DNA of 64,000 bases from Chrysomallon squamiferum (taxonomy: Eukaryota > Animalia > Mollusca), in assembly GCA_012295275.1 (NCBI GenBank), contig CM022670.1, forward strand, positions 21,824,001 through 21,888,000, given 5' to 3'. Below the pieces are notes generated by a model. The model saw only the letters and a program-made list of their open reading frames with translations. It made no database searches and was not told the DNA's origin. The position numbers were made by a program, and so were the translations under genes. This document shows, piece by piece, positions 12,901 through 26,941 of the stretch (position 1 is the first letter of the stretch; the number at the start of each line of letters is the position of its first letter).

Positions 12901-15570
12901 AAATAAATAATAAAGAAATGGTAGCACGTAGAAAAAAGAAGGAAGGATGGAATGAAAGATAGGAAATAAAAGATGGAAATGAGAGAAAGAGAAGAAACAA
13001 AGAAATATAGAAAAGAAAGAAAAAAAGAAAGAAAGAAAATATTAAAACAGCTTAAAGAATGAACAAAAATGAATAAGAAAAGAAAAGAAAAATCTAAGAA
13101 AACACAACAAACAGTGGTACTATTGTAACGCAGCATTCTTTTCAGATTTTATTCATAATTATATATCAAATGGTATGTGGACTGCATTGATTATCAGGAT
13201 AAGAATTTACATACTAAATTGATTTGATTACTGAGAAAGAAAACATAGAATACTCACTGACTGAAGAAAAATAAATAAATAAAAGATTATGCGAAATATT
13301 TTCACTGATATATTTAGAATCGCCTCCCTTATGCGAGAAGTGTTCACTTCTATATTTAGAGTTACTTTCCCTATGTGAGATGTGTTCACTGGTATTTAGA
13401 GTCGCCTCCCCTATGTGAGATGTGTTCACTGGTATTTAGAGTCACCTCCCTTATGTGAGATGTGTTCACTGGTATTAAGAAAACAAGATAAAAAACTCGA
13501 TTACAAAATGCTCAACTAAATAATCAGTGAGAGCAATGTGTTCACTGGTTTTAAACTGATTAAAGTATTTCATAAATAAATAATAAAGAAATCGTAGCAC
13601 GTAGAAAAAAGAAGGAAGGATGGAATGAAAGATAGGAAATAAAAGATGGAAAAGAGAGAAAGAGAAGAAACAAAGAAATATAGAAAAGAAAGAAAGAAAG
13701 AAAATATTAAAACAGCTTAAAGAATGAACAAAAATGAATAAGAAAAGAAAAGAAAAATCTAAGAAAACACAACAAAGAGTGGTACTATTGTAACGCAGCA
13801 TTCTTTTCAGATTTTATTCATAATAATATATAAAATGGTATGTGGACTGCATTGATTATCAGGATAAGAATTTACATACTAAATTGATTTGATTACTGAG
13901 AAAGAAAACATAGAATACTGACTGACTGAAGAAAAATAAATAAATAAAAGATTATGCGAAATATGTTCACTGATATATTTAGAATCGCCTCCCTTATGCG
14001 AGAAGTGTTCACTTCTATATTTAGAGTTAAACCCATGTGAGATGTGTTCACTGGTATTTAGAGTCGCCTCCCCCTATGTGATTTGTGTTCACTGGTATAT
14101 TTATATATAAAATCGGCTCCCTGATGTGAGGATGTGTTCACTGGTGATTTGAGTCACCTCCCCTAAAACATAGAATTCACTGGTATATTTGGAGTGGAAT
14201 AAATAAAGGATTATGCGAAAAGTGTTCACTTCTATATTTAGAGTTACTTTCCCTATGTGAGATGTGTTCACTGGTATTTAGAGTCGCCTCCCCTATGTGA
14301 GATGTGTTCACTGGTATTTAGAGTCGCCTCCCCTATGTGAGATGTGTTCACTGGTATATTTAGAGTCGCCTCCCTTATGTGAGATGTGTTCACTGGTATT
14401 TAGAGTCACCTCCCCTATGTGATATGTGTTCACTGGTATATTTGGAGTGGCCTCCCTTATGTGACATGTGTTCACTGGTATTTAGAGTTACTTTCCGTAT
14501 GTGAAATGTGTTCACTGGTATTTAGAGTCACCTCCCTTATGTGAGATGTGTTCACTGGTATTTTGAGTCGCCTCCCTTATGTGAGATGTGTTCACTGGTA
14601 TATTTGGAGTGGCCTCCCTTATGTGAGATGTGTTCACTGGTATTAAGAAAACAAGATAAAAAACTCGAATACAAAAGCTCAACTAAATAATCAGTGAGAG
14701 CAGTGCGTTTAAACTGATTAAAGTATTTCATAAATAAATAATAAAGAAATGGTAGCACGTAGAAAAAAGAAGGAAGGATGGAATGAAAGATAGGAAATAA
14801 AAGATGGAAAAGAGAGAAAGAGAAGAAACAAAGAAATATAGAAAAGAAAGAAGGAAAGAAAGAAAGAAAGAAAGAAAGAAAATATTAAAACAGCTTAAAG
14901 AATGAACAAAAATGAATAAGAAAAGAAAAGAAAAATCTAAGAAAACACAACAAAGAGTGGTACTATTGTAACGCAGCATTCTTTTCAGATTTTATTCATA
15001 ATAATATATAAAATGGTATGTGGACTGCATTGATTATCAGGATAAGAATTTACATACTAAATTGATTTGATTACTGAGAAAGAAAACAGAGAATACTGAC
15101 TGACTGAAGAAAAAAAAATAAATAAAAGATTATGCGAAATATGTTCACTGATATATTTAGAATCGCCTCCCTTATGCGAGAAGTGTTCACTTCTATATTT
15201 AGAGTTACTTTCCCTATGTGAGATGTGTTCACTGGTATTTAGAGTCTCATTCTCTATGTGAGATGTGTTCACTGGTATTTAGAGTCGCCTCCCCTATGTG
15301 AGATGTGTTCACTGGTATTTTGAGTCGCCTCCCTTATGTGAGATGTGTTCACTGGTATTTAGAGTTACTTTCCGTATGTGAGATGTGTTCACTGGTATAT
15401 TTAGAGTGGCCTGTCTTATGTTAGATGTTTTCACTGGTATTAAGAAAATAAGATAGAAAACTCGAATACAAAAGCTTAACTAAATAATCAGTGAGAGCAG
15501 AGTGTTTAAAATGATTAAAGTATTTCACAAATAAATAATATAGAAATGGTAACACGTAGAAAAAAGAAGG
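9989..15570. repeat. Composite satellite, second array, with ~2.77-kb higher-order period
   Basis: Spacer marker at ~10417, 11072, 12231, 13179, 13844 and 15022. The same pattern of monomer variants recurs at ~2.76-2.79 kb offset. Confidence 0.95.
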
Positions 15571-16234
15571 TGCCCTAGTGTCGCACACACCGACTGTCTG
15601 CCCTGCATATGGATGGAGCTACTGATAAACTGTAGTTTGTACAAGCACTAGGGCCTTTTAAGATTAAACTGGTAATTAAATATTTAAAAAAAAGTAATAC
15701 TGTTTTTGTTTTCTGACTGAAAATATAGAAACTTAATTAGTGATCATATGGTTGCAATTACTGATAGTGACTTTAGGATCTATCTGATCTATCTATCTGT
15801 GCAAACACATGCATACACATGCACGCATGCACGCATGCACTTACACACTGTCTGATAGAGATAATCTTCTGAAAATCGACTGAATATTGACGAGTATAAA
15901 TAAAATATATATGAATCCATGATATGTGTTTACATTGGTGCAGACATTTGCATACAAAAACACACATACACAGACAAACACATAAATTAAGCTATGCATT
16001 TCTTTCTTTATTTATTTATTTTTTATTTGTTTTTCATCCATTTTCCAATCCAGTGCCTCCTTCAAGCATTATTAGAGATTTTAAAAATGAATTTTATAAT
16101 ATGATTTTAAATAATTACATATATTTATCTTGTCAATCAATTTATATTTGTTAAACAGTTTACACAAATACTTTGAGGTGTAAATAATTTTTATTAATAT
16201 TCTGCCTGATAACATGATTAGTATAACATGAATT

Positions 16235-17137
16235 CAGTGATTCTCAACCAGTGTGCCACGAGGTCTTCCTAAGGGTGCCGCAAACTTTTGAACGGCACAC
16301 TAAGAAAATGGCAAAAACCTCGTGATCCCAAAATAAAACAAACAGTAGGTAAAAACGAAAATATTCTCACTTCAGCAGACAAGTTAGTTGGCCTCAAAAA
16401 GAAAATAGTGATTTGGGAATAAAAAAGAGCAATCACTGTCAGTCTTTATATGTTCCCGTTATTGCGTTCTACCTGCATTAGAGAAGTGATCCCAATTGTG
16501 TTTACTCATCTGACAGCCCTGGACGAAAGAATCAACAATTACTTTCTGTCATTAAAGACAGAAAAGTATGATTGGATTAGAGATCCTTTCATAAATTATT
16601 CTTCCAACATTGAACTTGAATTACAGGAAGAAGCAGAAATGGCCGCCCTTTCTAATGACCTTAAAATTAAAACATTCGACTCTGCCCATTGATTCATTTT
16701 GGATTTCAATTCAAGAGGTGTATCCCATATTATGTAAAAGAGTTTTAGCAATTTTATTATAATTTTCAACTCCTTATATATGTGAATTAGGCAACATCAA
16801 AAATATGAAGCACGAGAGATTACTACAACGAAAGCAGAAATGAGGGTGTGTCTGTCTCATATTCGACCAAACATTGAGGAAATTATGAATAGAAGCCAGG
16901 CACAAATTTCTCATCAAAGAAGCCAGCTATTTGACTGATAACATTCGAAACACTGCAATAAAGTATAGCTGTGTTTTTCTTTATTTAGTTTGAGTCATTC
17001 TATGTGTCTATGACTAGTCTGTGTCTACGGTTGTATGCCGTCTATGACTTGCCATGTTTTTATTTTTCAAAATTCAAATATTTTTCATTTATATTTAGCC
17101 AGGTGTGCCGTTGGCAAAAAATGATTGGGAACCACTG
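16235..17137 (+). mobile_element. hAT (Charlie/Buster-type) element, duplicate copy
   Basis: Same TIRs, TSD and transposase remnant as 5522-6423. Confidence 0.9.
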
Positions 17138-17325
17138 CATTAATTCATAGATAATTTTGCATATCTGATCAATAATCTGTCTTAAAGATATTTAAGAATA
17201 TTTAATATTCAAGTGCAATTAAAGAATATTTAATTCTCATTTTTAATATATTTATTTCTATATTAATTTATTTATTCTTTAATTTCACGCTTATAGTTCA
17301 TGGTGCCTGGTCTGCATGGACACTT

Positions 17326-19080
17326 TAGTAGTAATATCAGTACTATCGTTGAAGTAACAGTCATACATTAATAGTAATAGCTGTAGTATCGCAGAAGTAA
17401 CAGAGGCAGATTAGTAATGATACCAGTAGTATCGCAGAGGTAACAGTGACAGATCAGTAGTAATATCAGTAGTATTGCAGAAGTAACGGTGGAAGATTAA
17501 TAGTAATATCAGTAGTATGGTTGAAATAATAGTGACAGGTTAGTAGTAATATCAGTAGAATGGCTGAAATATTAGTAATATCAGTGACAGATTAGTAGTA
17601 ATAGCAGTAGTATGGTTGAAATAACAGTAACAGATTAGTAGTAACATCAGTACTATCGTTGAAGTAACAGTAATAGATTAATACTAATAGCTGTAGTATC
17701 GCAGAAGTAACAGAGGCAGATTAGTAATGATACTAGTAGTATTTCTGAAATAACAGTGACAGACTAGTAGTAATATCAGTAGTATTCCTGAAATAACAGT
17801 GACAGATTAGTAGTAATATCAATAGTATGGCTGAAATAACAGTGACAGATTAGTAGTAATATCAGTAGTATGGTTGAACTAACAGTGACAGATTAGTAGT
17901 AATATCAGTAGTATGGCTGAAATATTAGTAATATTAATGACAGATTAGTAGTAATAGCAGTAGTATGGCTGAAATAACAGTAACAGATAAGTATTAACAT
18001 CGTTGAAGTAACAATAATAGATTAATACTAATAGCTGTAGTGTCGCAGAAGTAACAGAGGCAGATTAGTAATGATTCCAGTAGTATTGCTGAAGTAACAG
18101 TGATAGATTCGTTGTAATATCAGTAGTATTTCTGAAATAACAGTGACAGATTAGTAGTAATATCAGTAGTATTCCTGAAATATTAGTAATATTAATGACA
18201 GATTAGTAGTAATAGCAGTAGTATGGCTGAAATAACAGTGACAGATTAGTAGTAATAGCTGTAGTATGGTTGAAATAACAGTGACAGATTAGTAGTAATA
18301 AATAGTAATATCTCTGAAGTAGCAGTGACATATTAATAGTAATATCAGTAATATTTCTGAAGTAGCAGTCACAGATTAGTGGTAATATTAGTAGTATGGC
18401 TGATGTAACAGTGACAGATTAGTAATAATAGCGTAGTATTGCTGAAGTAACTGATAGATTAGTAATAATCACAGTGGTATTGCTGAAGTAAAAGTGATTA
18501 GTAGTAATATCAGTAGTATCGCTGAATAACAATAGTAGATTAGTAACAATAGCAGTAGTATTGTTGAAGTAACAGTGATCGATTACTAGAAATACAGTAG
18601 TATCGCTGAAGTAACAGTGATAGATTAGTAGTAATAGCAGTAATATTGCTGAAGTAACAGTGGCAGATTAGCAGTAATATCGATAGTATCACTGAAGTAA
18701 CAGTGACATCATATCAGTAGTATCACTAAAGTAAGTGGTAGATTAGTAGTGAGCAGTAGTATCGCTGAAGTAACACTTGTAGATTAGTAGTAATATCAGT
18801 AGTATCACTGATGTAACACAGGCAGATTAGTAGTAATAACAATAGTATTCACGCAGTAATAGTGACAGATTAGTAGTAATATCAAAAGTATCGATGAAGT
18901 AGCTGACAGATTAATAGTAATAGAAGTAGTATTGCTGAAGTAACAGTGACGCATTAGCAGTACCAGAAGTAGTACTGCTGAAGTAACAGTGAGAGATTAG
19001 TAGTAATGGTGATAGTATCGATAAAGAAACAGCAGCAGATCAGTAGAAATAGCGGTAGATTGGTGGTAATATCAGTAATA
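17326..19080. repeat. ~43-bp AGT-rich minisatellite, second copy
   Basis: Same unit as 6612-8280, with a different unit number. Confidence 0.9.
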
Positions 19081-22000
19081 ATAATAGTAATTTCAATACT
19101 GGATATGCACTGTAAGAAAGTAAGAATCGTAAAATGCAAAAAATAATAATACACACCAAGCTGTGAAGGACAACACAGGTACGACAGCAGCGTCTCCAAC
19201 ATTAACACTAATAATAAAGATATATTAATAATTATTTTAATACAGGATGCGCAAAAATAAGAAATAAGAATAATAGGTGATAAAAAACAAAGAAGAATAA
19301 TGAGAAGCACTCTAATAACTACGTTAGGAACTAATCCGGTACGACGGCAACGACGGCGACATTAATAGAAATTACAATAATACAATTTAACAGCTCAGAA
19401 AGTAATGACTAATAAAAAGCGCTAAACAATAATGACAGTTTATTAATCTTGAACTCGGTAGTCTCAGTGTTGTGTTGGTTAAACAAGTGCACACTTCAGC
19501 ATCAAACCTATCTCTGAAAATATATCCCTTTTCATAGAACATGATTATTGTAAACACTCGAGTGAAAACAACTGTGATTTCATCAAGTGAGGATAATGAA
19601 AATTCTCTTAACCCACTTGATCGCTGACAGTAAATCATAAAACAAAATACCTGAATTGATACAAGGAACATGTTTTTATTAGTTTGCATACATTTCAATA
19701 AATTTATTGAGTCCTTTTACACATTCGCAGTTTTCAAAAGGCACTTTACTTACACATTCATATTCACAAAATAAATTTAAATAAGATACATTTACCTTTT
19801 TATACAGACAGATAGATATGGACACACAAACACGCACACACGCACATAATCACTTGCAGAAAATAATGAAACATATTTCATGTTCCGAAGAGTTTACAAA
19901 ATAGAACTGTTAATTAGAAGATAAGTACGTGGCTACATAGTAGCAAATAAAACGTTTACGACAAATATATTCAAATATAATTAAATATATTTTGAAACAA
20001 TTAAGTATATTTTGATATGATTAAGTACATTTTGATATGATTAAGTATATTTTGATATGATTAAATATATTTTAATATGTTTAAATAATTTTGATATGAT
20101 TAAATATAAAAATGTCCATATAAATCAAATAACATCTTTGAAATACCCAACTATTTATTTTGGGACATTTTCCTCCCATGTGATATTGTGTTTTATGATC
20201 GCTGTAACATGACATTCCGCGACACAAGTTACATCTCTGTCTCTAGATGAAATTACATAATTAATCTAAAATTCAGCTAGTATTTATCAAATTATATAAT
20301 TAAGAATATATCATTAATTTTTCTTAAACACATCTAAAAGTAAGTTAATAATCGAGAATGAGATTCCATATTTATTCAATAATATAACCGATAATCTCTA
20401 ATTAATATAATGTTAAAATGCCTTATAAATAATACAGACATGATAAAACAAGGGTCTTATTTTGGGGTAATATTATCAGTGCAAATAGCGATATTCTTTA
20501 GTTAACTTTGGTTTTGATAAAAGTTCACGATTTCTCATGTAATTACATTATAAATAAATCATTATTATCATTATTATATACTTTTTTAAAAAGAAGTATT
20601 TAGTTTTTATCGCGACAGAAACAATACACTAATAATAAATCTGATTTTTCTGATAACTTCACGCAGCCTAATAAAAAATGTGAAGTAATTTTTATATCCC
20701 GCTCTCAGAACAGTTCTAATGAAACTAAGAGAATAGCGCCAAACATACATAGGAAGCTTCTGTTGTTACAAAAAAATAAAGACAAAGTAAAAAAATAAAA
20801 ATATTAAGGTGTTACTACTTTTGTTGTTGTTGTTATTTAGTTGTTGACAAAGAGAGGACTGTGACAATTACAGTGTCTGCTTCATTGTTATATAGATTAT
20901 TACTGATTGAGCGGTTATATTAATATCTAATGTAATAAGAGAACTTCAGGTATAATAAGAAATGTAAAGTCTATTACACTATATAACTTGCGTTGATGTA
21001 CACCTTTTACTGAATGTAATTAAAAAATTAAGTTCAGTTCAAGTTTGTCAAATTTGCTTAATAAAATTTATTATTATCAAATTTAAATTGACCTTTATTT
21101 ACTACGAGAAATAATTTGATTAACCTGAAATTCATCAACATTTTGAAGTTTATTAAACTATTTTTATTAGATATATATTTCTTTCACAAACATTATTTAG
21201 ACTGTCAATAGCGGTATCCTTAATTAAAAATATCACCTTATTTTTACTTGTTTATGATTTATGTTATGATTTATAGTTTTACAAAGTAAACTTGATAACT
21301 TTGTGTACATATTCTATTTTTTTAATAATAATAATAATCATAAAACTTTAAAAATTAAAATAAACTGAACGTACGCACTATATTTCCCAATATACAGATC
21401 TTCTCTATAATCAATGAAATGTAAGATGTTATAAAGGAAAAGTTGAGTGGGCGCGAGATCAGGCTGATATTTTTTTTATTAACTCAATACAAACCATGAC
21501 AGGGTCATAGCAACCTTTTTCATTTTCAGTCTATCTAATCTATCTGTCTGTCTGTTTATCTATCTATGGTATATATATCTATCTTCCTATTAATCCATAT
21601 GAAGGTCTCTTGCTCGGTCTATTTATCCGTCAAACAAAAAGGCATCAAATCATCTCTGATTCCTTTCCCTTCATCCAACATGTCCGTCAGTTTACAACTA
21701 AATGTAATTCATCCTGGTCTCTGTATCTATGTGTGTCTCTGTGTTTGATGAACATCAATCTTTCAGCAACTTCTTTTCAATGATCCATTTGCCCATTTGT
21801 ACAGTATAACAAAATTAAGAAGTAATTTCAATACCCATCCCCAGCACAATTTGTAGACGAAAGAGATTATTGTAAAGAGATGGACAGGACGTCTCTCGGT
21901 GGCTTTGAACAACGTAGGCCTCCCCGTTGTAATTAAACATAGATTACTGGTGATAAATGAAAACATTTACTGAAAGAATTCAAGTAAAATTAACTGATCA

Positions 22001-23706
22001 GTTTTTATTTCTAGACTCTTTGTTAGCTTTCTTTACATTTGTTGTTAAACATTTAAACTTCTGTTCATGTTATAGCATGTGAATTACAAATTTTCCTGCT
22101 TTAAAAATAAATACATTAAACATAAGAAATATTGGAAGGTGTTCACTTCCAAGACAAAATAAAAATTAAACGGTAGATCATTAACATCCTCATAAAAATG
22201 TTTTAGACAGTCTACATCATTTATTTTAATAATTAATATAATAATAGTAGTAGTAGTAGTAATAATTAATAAATAAATAAATACATTAACTAATTAATAA
22301 TGTTCATCTATATTGCCTATATTACCACTAGTATATATATATATATATATATATAATTTAAAAAAATTGCACTTTTGCAAAAGGGGACAACTGTAACAGA
22401 ACATTCAATACAACATCATTCAATGATGCGAACTTTCTGTTAGAAAAAAAGCAGATTTAATAAGGATATTGTTATATTTGGTGAAATACATTCTTGTATA
22501 TACAAACTATGATGGTGTAGCAGCCAGTGCGGTAGTGTTTTTGTAAAATAATGTTTTGAGAGGTTACACTTTTATTTACAGATAAAAAAAAAGAAAAGAT
22601 AAAAGGATACTATGTAAACAGATTTTGAAATATTTTAAAAATATTTACAAATGCATTGTTCTAGAAGTTTATTTCTGTACAATCCCGAATGCTTCTGTAT
22701 TCAATTTTAAAACAGTTTTTTATAGATGAATAAATGTTTAGTGAAAAACAGCGGAAAACTAGCGAATTGGACTTAAAGCTCAACCGGAGCAGATTAATAA
22801 ATTCGAATGAAATTAGAAAATGATTATTTTTGACAATAAAATAAAGTTCCTAAGCCAATGTGTTTTCTAATTCTAAATATATGCATAAATATATTAATAA
22901 AAACATCAATCACACATATAAATGTGTGTGTGTGTGTGTGTGTGTGTGTGTCTGTGGATATTTTGATGTAGATAACAACTGCTGAAATCTCTATGTCTAT
23001 AGCCCATTTTGCATTCACTAATTCCCCTTCTTTTTCTAAGGTTGATTAAAAATAATGCAGATAATTACAGATCTATTACATTTCTAAGTTTTGAAGAAAA
23101 CTATAGCTTATTTTAATAGTTTTTTTATTTTAAGAATTTCATTGGTTTACAAGCAACGAAAATTAGGAAATATTGAAAACAATAAAAATGAAAGTGAGAC
23201 TAATTCCTACTATCTCTCGTGACAATGCAGGTACCTGTGTGTGAACGTGGAGTGTGATTTATTTATTTTTGGTTTACTTTTTCTTTCTTTTGTTTGGTAG
23301 AGGTTTCTATGTTTTTCTATTTTACTAATCAAATCTAACAATTTTCTGAACATTAATATAGGCAGTCGAAATCAGTATAGTCAGCCACACTCTTTTTTCT
23401 CTTAAGTACATATCTTTTTTACTTCCCTGTTTGTTGTATTTACGTTCACATGTTTTTATTTAATAATAATAATAATATTCATGTTTTTATTTAACATTTC
23501 AGCAAACCAGGAGAAGACACCTGAAAAGATTAAATATATCCTTCATTTGATTAGTTTCCACTTTGATATTGATAATAGAACTGATAGAACAGGTTCAAAC
23601 ATTGATTCACATATACATACACACCCACATTTGTTTGAAGAGAAATAAATGTTGTGCCATTATGAATGTTTGATGGGATTATTTGTTTCCAGTCTCGCTC
23701 AGTTGT

Positions 23707-23741
<35 letters not shown>

Positions 23742-25335
23742 CAGACCATGTTTTCAAACCTACATCAAATACTGGTAAATTCCTAGCCAATAGTGAGCAA
23801 CTTATGCAACTTATTGTAGTGTGAACTGTAAGCTTTGTGATTTTATTTGGTGCATAAATATAAATAAATAAAAAAGAAAAAAAAAAAAAGTAGGGTGGAA
23901 AAATAACAACACCGTTTATTTGAAGTTTATGTCAATGATTGGCTAATAAAAAGCAACAAATAACAATAATAATAAAAAAAAAAAAAGAGTATATTTTAAT
24001 AAAGGTTGTTATGTTCCTTTATTTTATTTATTTGTTTTGAACTCTTTTTCTTTCTTTTTTTTAGGATTGTATTTTCCCGACTTGACGGATTTAATTTTTT
24101 ATTTGACATTTGAAGAATCTTCTACAGAATTGGTGTAATCGCATTATCATGCAACAAAAAAGTTGCTTAAAGTATTTCATTTTGTGAAACAGACAGGTAG
24201 TACTATTTATTATTATAGTTGTTAATGTGTTTGGATTTTTTTGATTTTATTTAAGTATAATTTAAACGTCACAGCTACCTGATGGCAGCCATCTTATTCA
24301 GGAATAATATTTATTTATTTTTTATTCGGGAATAATATTTATTTATTTATTATTTATTTTATTTATTTTATTATTTTTTATCTATTTTTTTTTTTTTTTT
24401 TTTTTTTTTTACTAATTGTTTAGTCTTAATTTTGTTTTACCAATCACTGTATGATATATCAGGGGCAAATTTTGGGTGGCCAGTAATAAAAATTGTTTTA
24501 AAAGAAATTGACATCTGTAGCATACACCAAAGTAAACACCACACAACAACTATGTGTCAACTCACAGACAATTTTTATTTATTTATTTATTTATTATTAT
24601 TATTATTATTTTTTTTTTTTATTATTATATTTATTATTATTTTTAATATACTAATGAAACTATTAAAAGAAAATATACTGATTTTGTTTGGCAGGTTGTT
24701 TTCTGTCAGTTTATTTACGATTTATTTTTTTAAAGATTTATGTTACATTGCTGACTTCCTCTATCCATTAAATACTTTTTTTAACCATATTAAAGTTTAT
24801 AATAGGTGGCCCTAAATTCTTTCACATTATTAAAGCTTAATACCTGTGTAGCTCAATGTTAACGTTAAAAACTAATAAAGATGAATAAATATTTAAGAAA
24901 AATATGACCAGGTTATTTCATATGTAGACACTATGTAAAATATTAATAAAATTATTTGTTATAATATTTAACTCACACTCACACACACACACACACACAC
25001 ACACACAACACACACAGATAATTTGTAATCATAATCACAAAATACCTTAATATACTACAAGATCTCCATGCACAAAACACTACTAAAATGATTCTTTTTT
25101 GAAGTAGGTGTCTTATGCAGATAATATGACTAACACTACAGCATCCAAAACTATTTACATCTGTATCTACTGACAATGTACCTGATTGACATTAATTGCT
25201 TCATCAAACCTATATGTATTACAACATGTTCAACTCATACAGTATAAACCTATGAATGTATAAGGTCTTTATTATTATTATTCATTTGCTTTTTCATATC
25301 ATTACTAATATTTATTTATTTTTGATGTTTTCCAG

Positions 25336-25923
25336 GACAAATTAATTTCATCATTGGCATGGATATTGCAGAAAGTATAAGGAGAAAATATTCCAAAAGA
25401 ATTTAAAGAATGTTTCTATGAAAAGTCAGATGTGAGTGAAATATTTTATAAATTTCTCATCCAGCTACACAATCACTGACCAGTATCACACTGTAGAGTG
25501 CAAGTGCTGCTGGAATACTATAATATGATATATCGATGGTTTACATTCAGCATGGACAGGAACAAGAAGAAAAGGGCAGAGCACCACTGAAGTCTGCTTT
25601 TTTGTGAAAACAAGCTGATGCTGGTAAAAAGACTTCATCTGGCAGATGACTGCGATGGCTGTGTTTGACGGTGGGAGGGAAAACAGCCAGGAAGTTGAGC
25701 AGCAGGTGATGTCTTGCCACATTCGAAGGACCAGGCTAGTCCTGTACCTGATTCAGAGTGGGACCAATGCACCCATGTCCCTGTCCCCTACTTCATCATC
25801 ACAAAAATCCAGGCCATTTTTCAAAGAATGTATACAAGAGACTATTGATAATGAGAACCAACAGTCTTGTGTCAAGTAATGTTTTCAGAAACCTCTCAAC
25901 AGTGGCATGGTATGTTCTTTTAT

Positions 25924-25973
<50 letters not shown>

Positions 25974-26698
25974 TCATGCATATGTATGTGTGTGTTTGTG
26001 TGTGTGAGAGACATTGCATCATGAATGATAATAAACAAACAAAAATGCATTGATCAGACAAATGTAGATTGATAAAAAAAAAAAGAAAAAAGTGTCATGT
26101 TCATGTTGGAATTGCTAAAATCTTTGTTTACCAATTAATGATAAATCTTTTATACAGGTAACTGCTGTATTGTTCAGTTGCTGTCTAGAAAGGGATTTAT
26201 GTTATGGAGAAGGATGAATCAGCTGTACAGAAACTGCAGACTGCACAATTCCAAGTTGTAAGTTTTTATCTTATATTTAATTCTTAGAGAAAGTGAAATA
26301 AATTTTACACTAACAACTCTTTACTGATTGTAAAATAGCATAGTAATAATCATTTATTTGCTATTGTTTTGTTAATTAATTAAATTAATACCATTATCAT
26401 CATTATCATTATAATGGATATACAAAGTATATCAAAAATATCCCACACCCCTTTGTGTCTGAATAACCTAGTAACTGATAACAGTAAAATTTTAATTTTA
26501 ATAATAACAGAAACATTAGTTATTTATTTATAACAGTTTGTTATTTTTATTATATTATTATTATTTTTTTATTTTTAGAATGCACATAATTGATGCACTG
26601 ATGTTGGCTAGTGAAGCTGTTTCAGTAGAAGGTGCTGTCCAACACTGAGGATAAAGTTTGTACTGCTTCCACTGGAAAAAAAAACAACAACTGAACAG
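25336..26698 (+). pseudogene. CAMSAP: Decayed, intron-containing fragment of the CAMSAP/patronin N-terminal (CH-domain) region
   Basis: Three segments. 25336-25431 (AG/GT-bounded): DKLISSLAWILQKV*GENIPKEFKECFYEKSD. ~26158-26257: IVQLLSRKG/YVMEKDESAV/LQTAQFQV. 26579-26698: NAH/IIDALMLASEAVSVEGAVQ. These match, in order, remembered CAMSAP motifs (AKIAASLQWICAKAYG..NIPEDLRDPFY; VIQALSRKGIYVMESDD; SAHMAMVDALMMAY..EMISIEKVV). One stop and several frameshifts. Confidence 0.8.
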
Positions 26699-26819
26699 GT
26701 GAATTTGAGTTTGTTTTCTTATTATTCTAAACCTAATGAAGTTTAATTTATTTAATGTAGGAAGTTGCATTGTGCAACAAACATTAGAATTCTGTGTCAT
26801 ACACTGCATTTTATATCAT

Positions 26820-26941
<122 letters not shown>

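Larger units (their letters stand above)
15571..20639. repeat. Segmental duplication, copy 2 (matches 4896-9788)
   Basis: Colinear and near-identical; it continues into unique sequence where copy 1 stops at the gap. Confidence 0.95.

Noticed and set aside
1968-15272. Repetitive ORFs (NTSHIREATL / SEHISHKGGDSKY and Phe-rich ORFs)
   Set aside because: By-products of the satellite; alternating 40- and 42-bp units break the frame and no splice structure is evident.
2110-15440. CRISPR-like regular ~40-bp repeats
   Set aside because: Monomers abut with no unique spacers, there are no cas genes, and the context is eukaryotic; it is a satellite.
21600-21966. Complex, coding-looking sequence
   Set aside because: No recognisable homology or consistent exon boundaries.
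25470-25900. GC-richer block inside the CAMSAP relic, faintly piggyBac-like (PVPDSEWDQCTHVP)
   Set aside because: Too degenerate to assign; no TIRs or TTAA seen.
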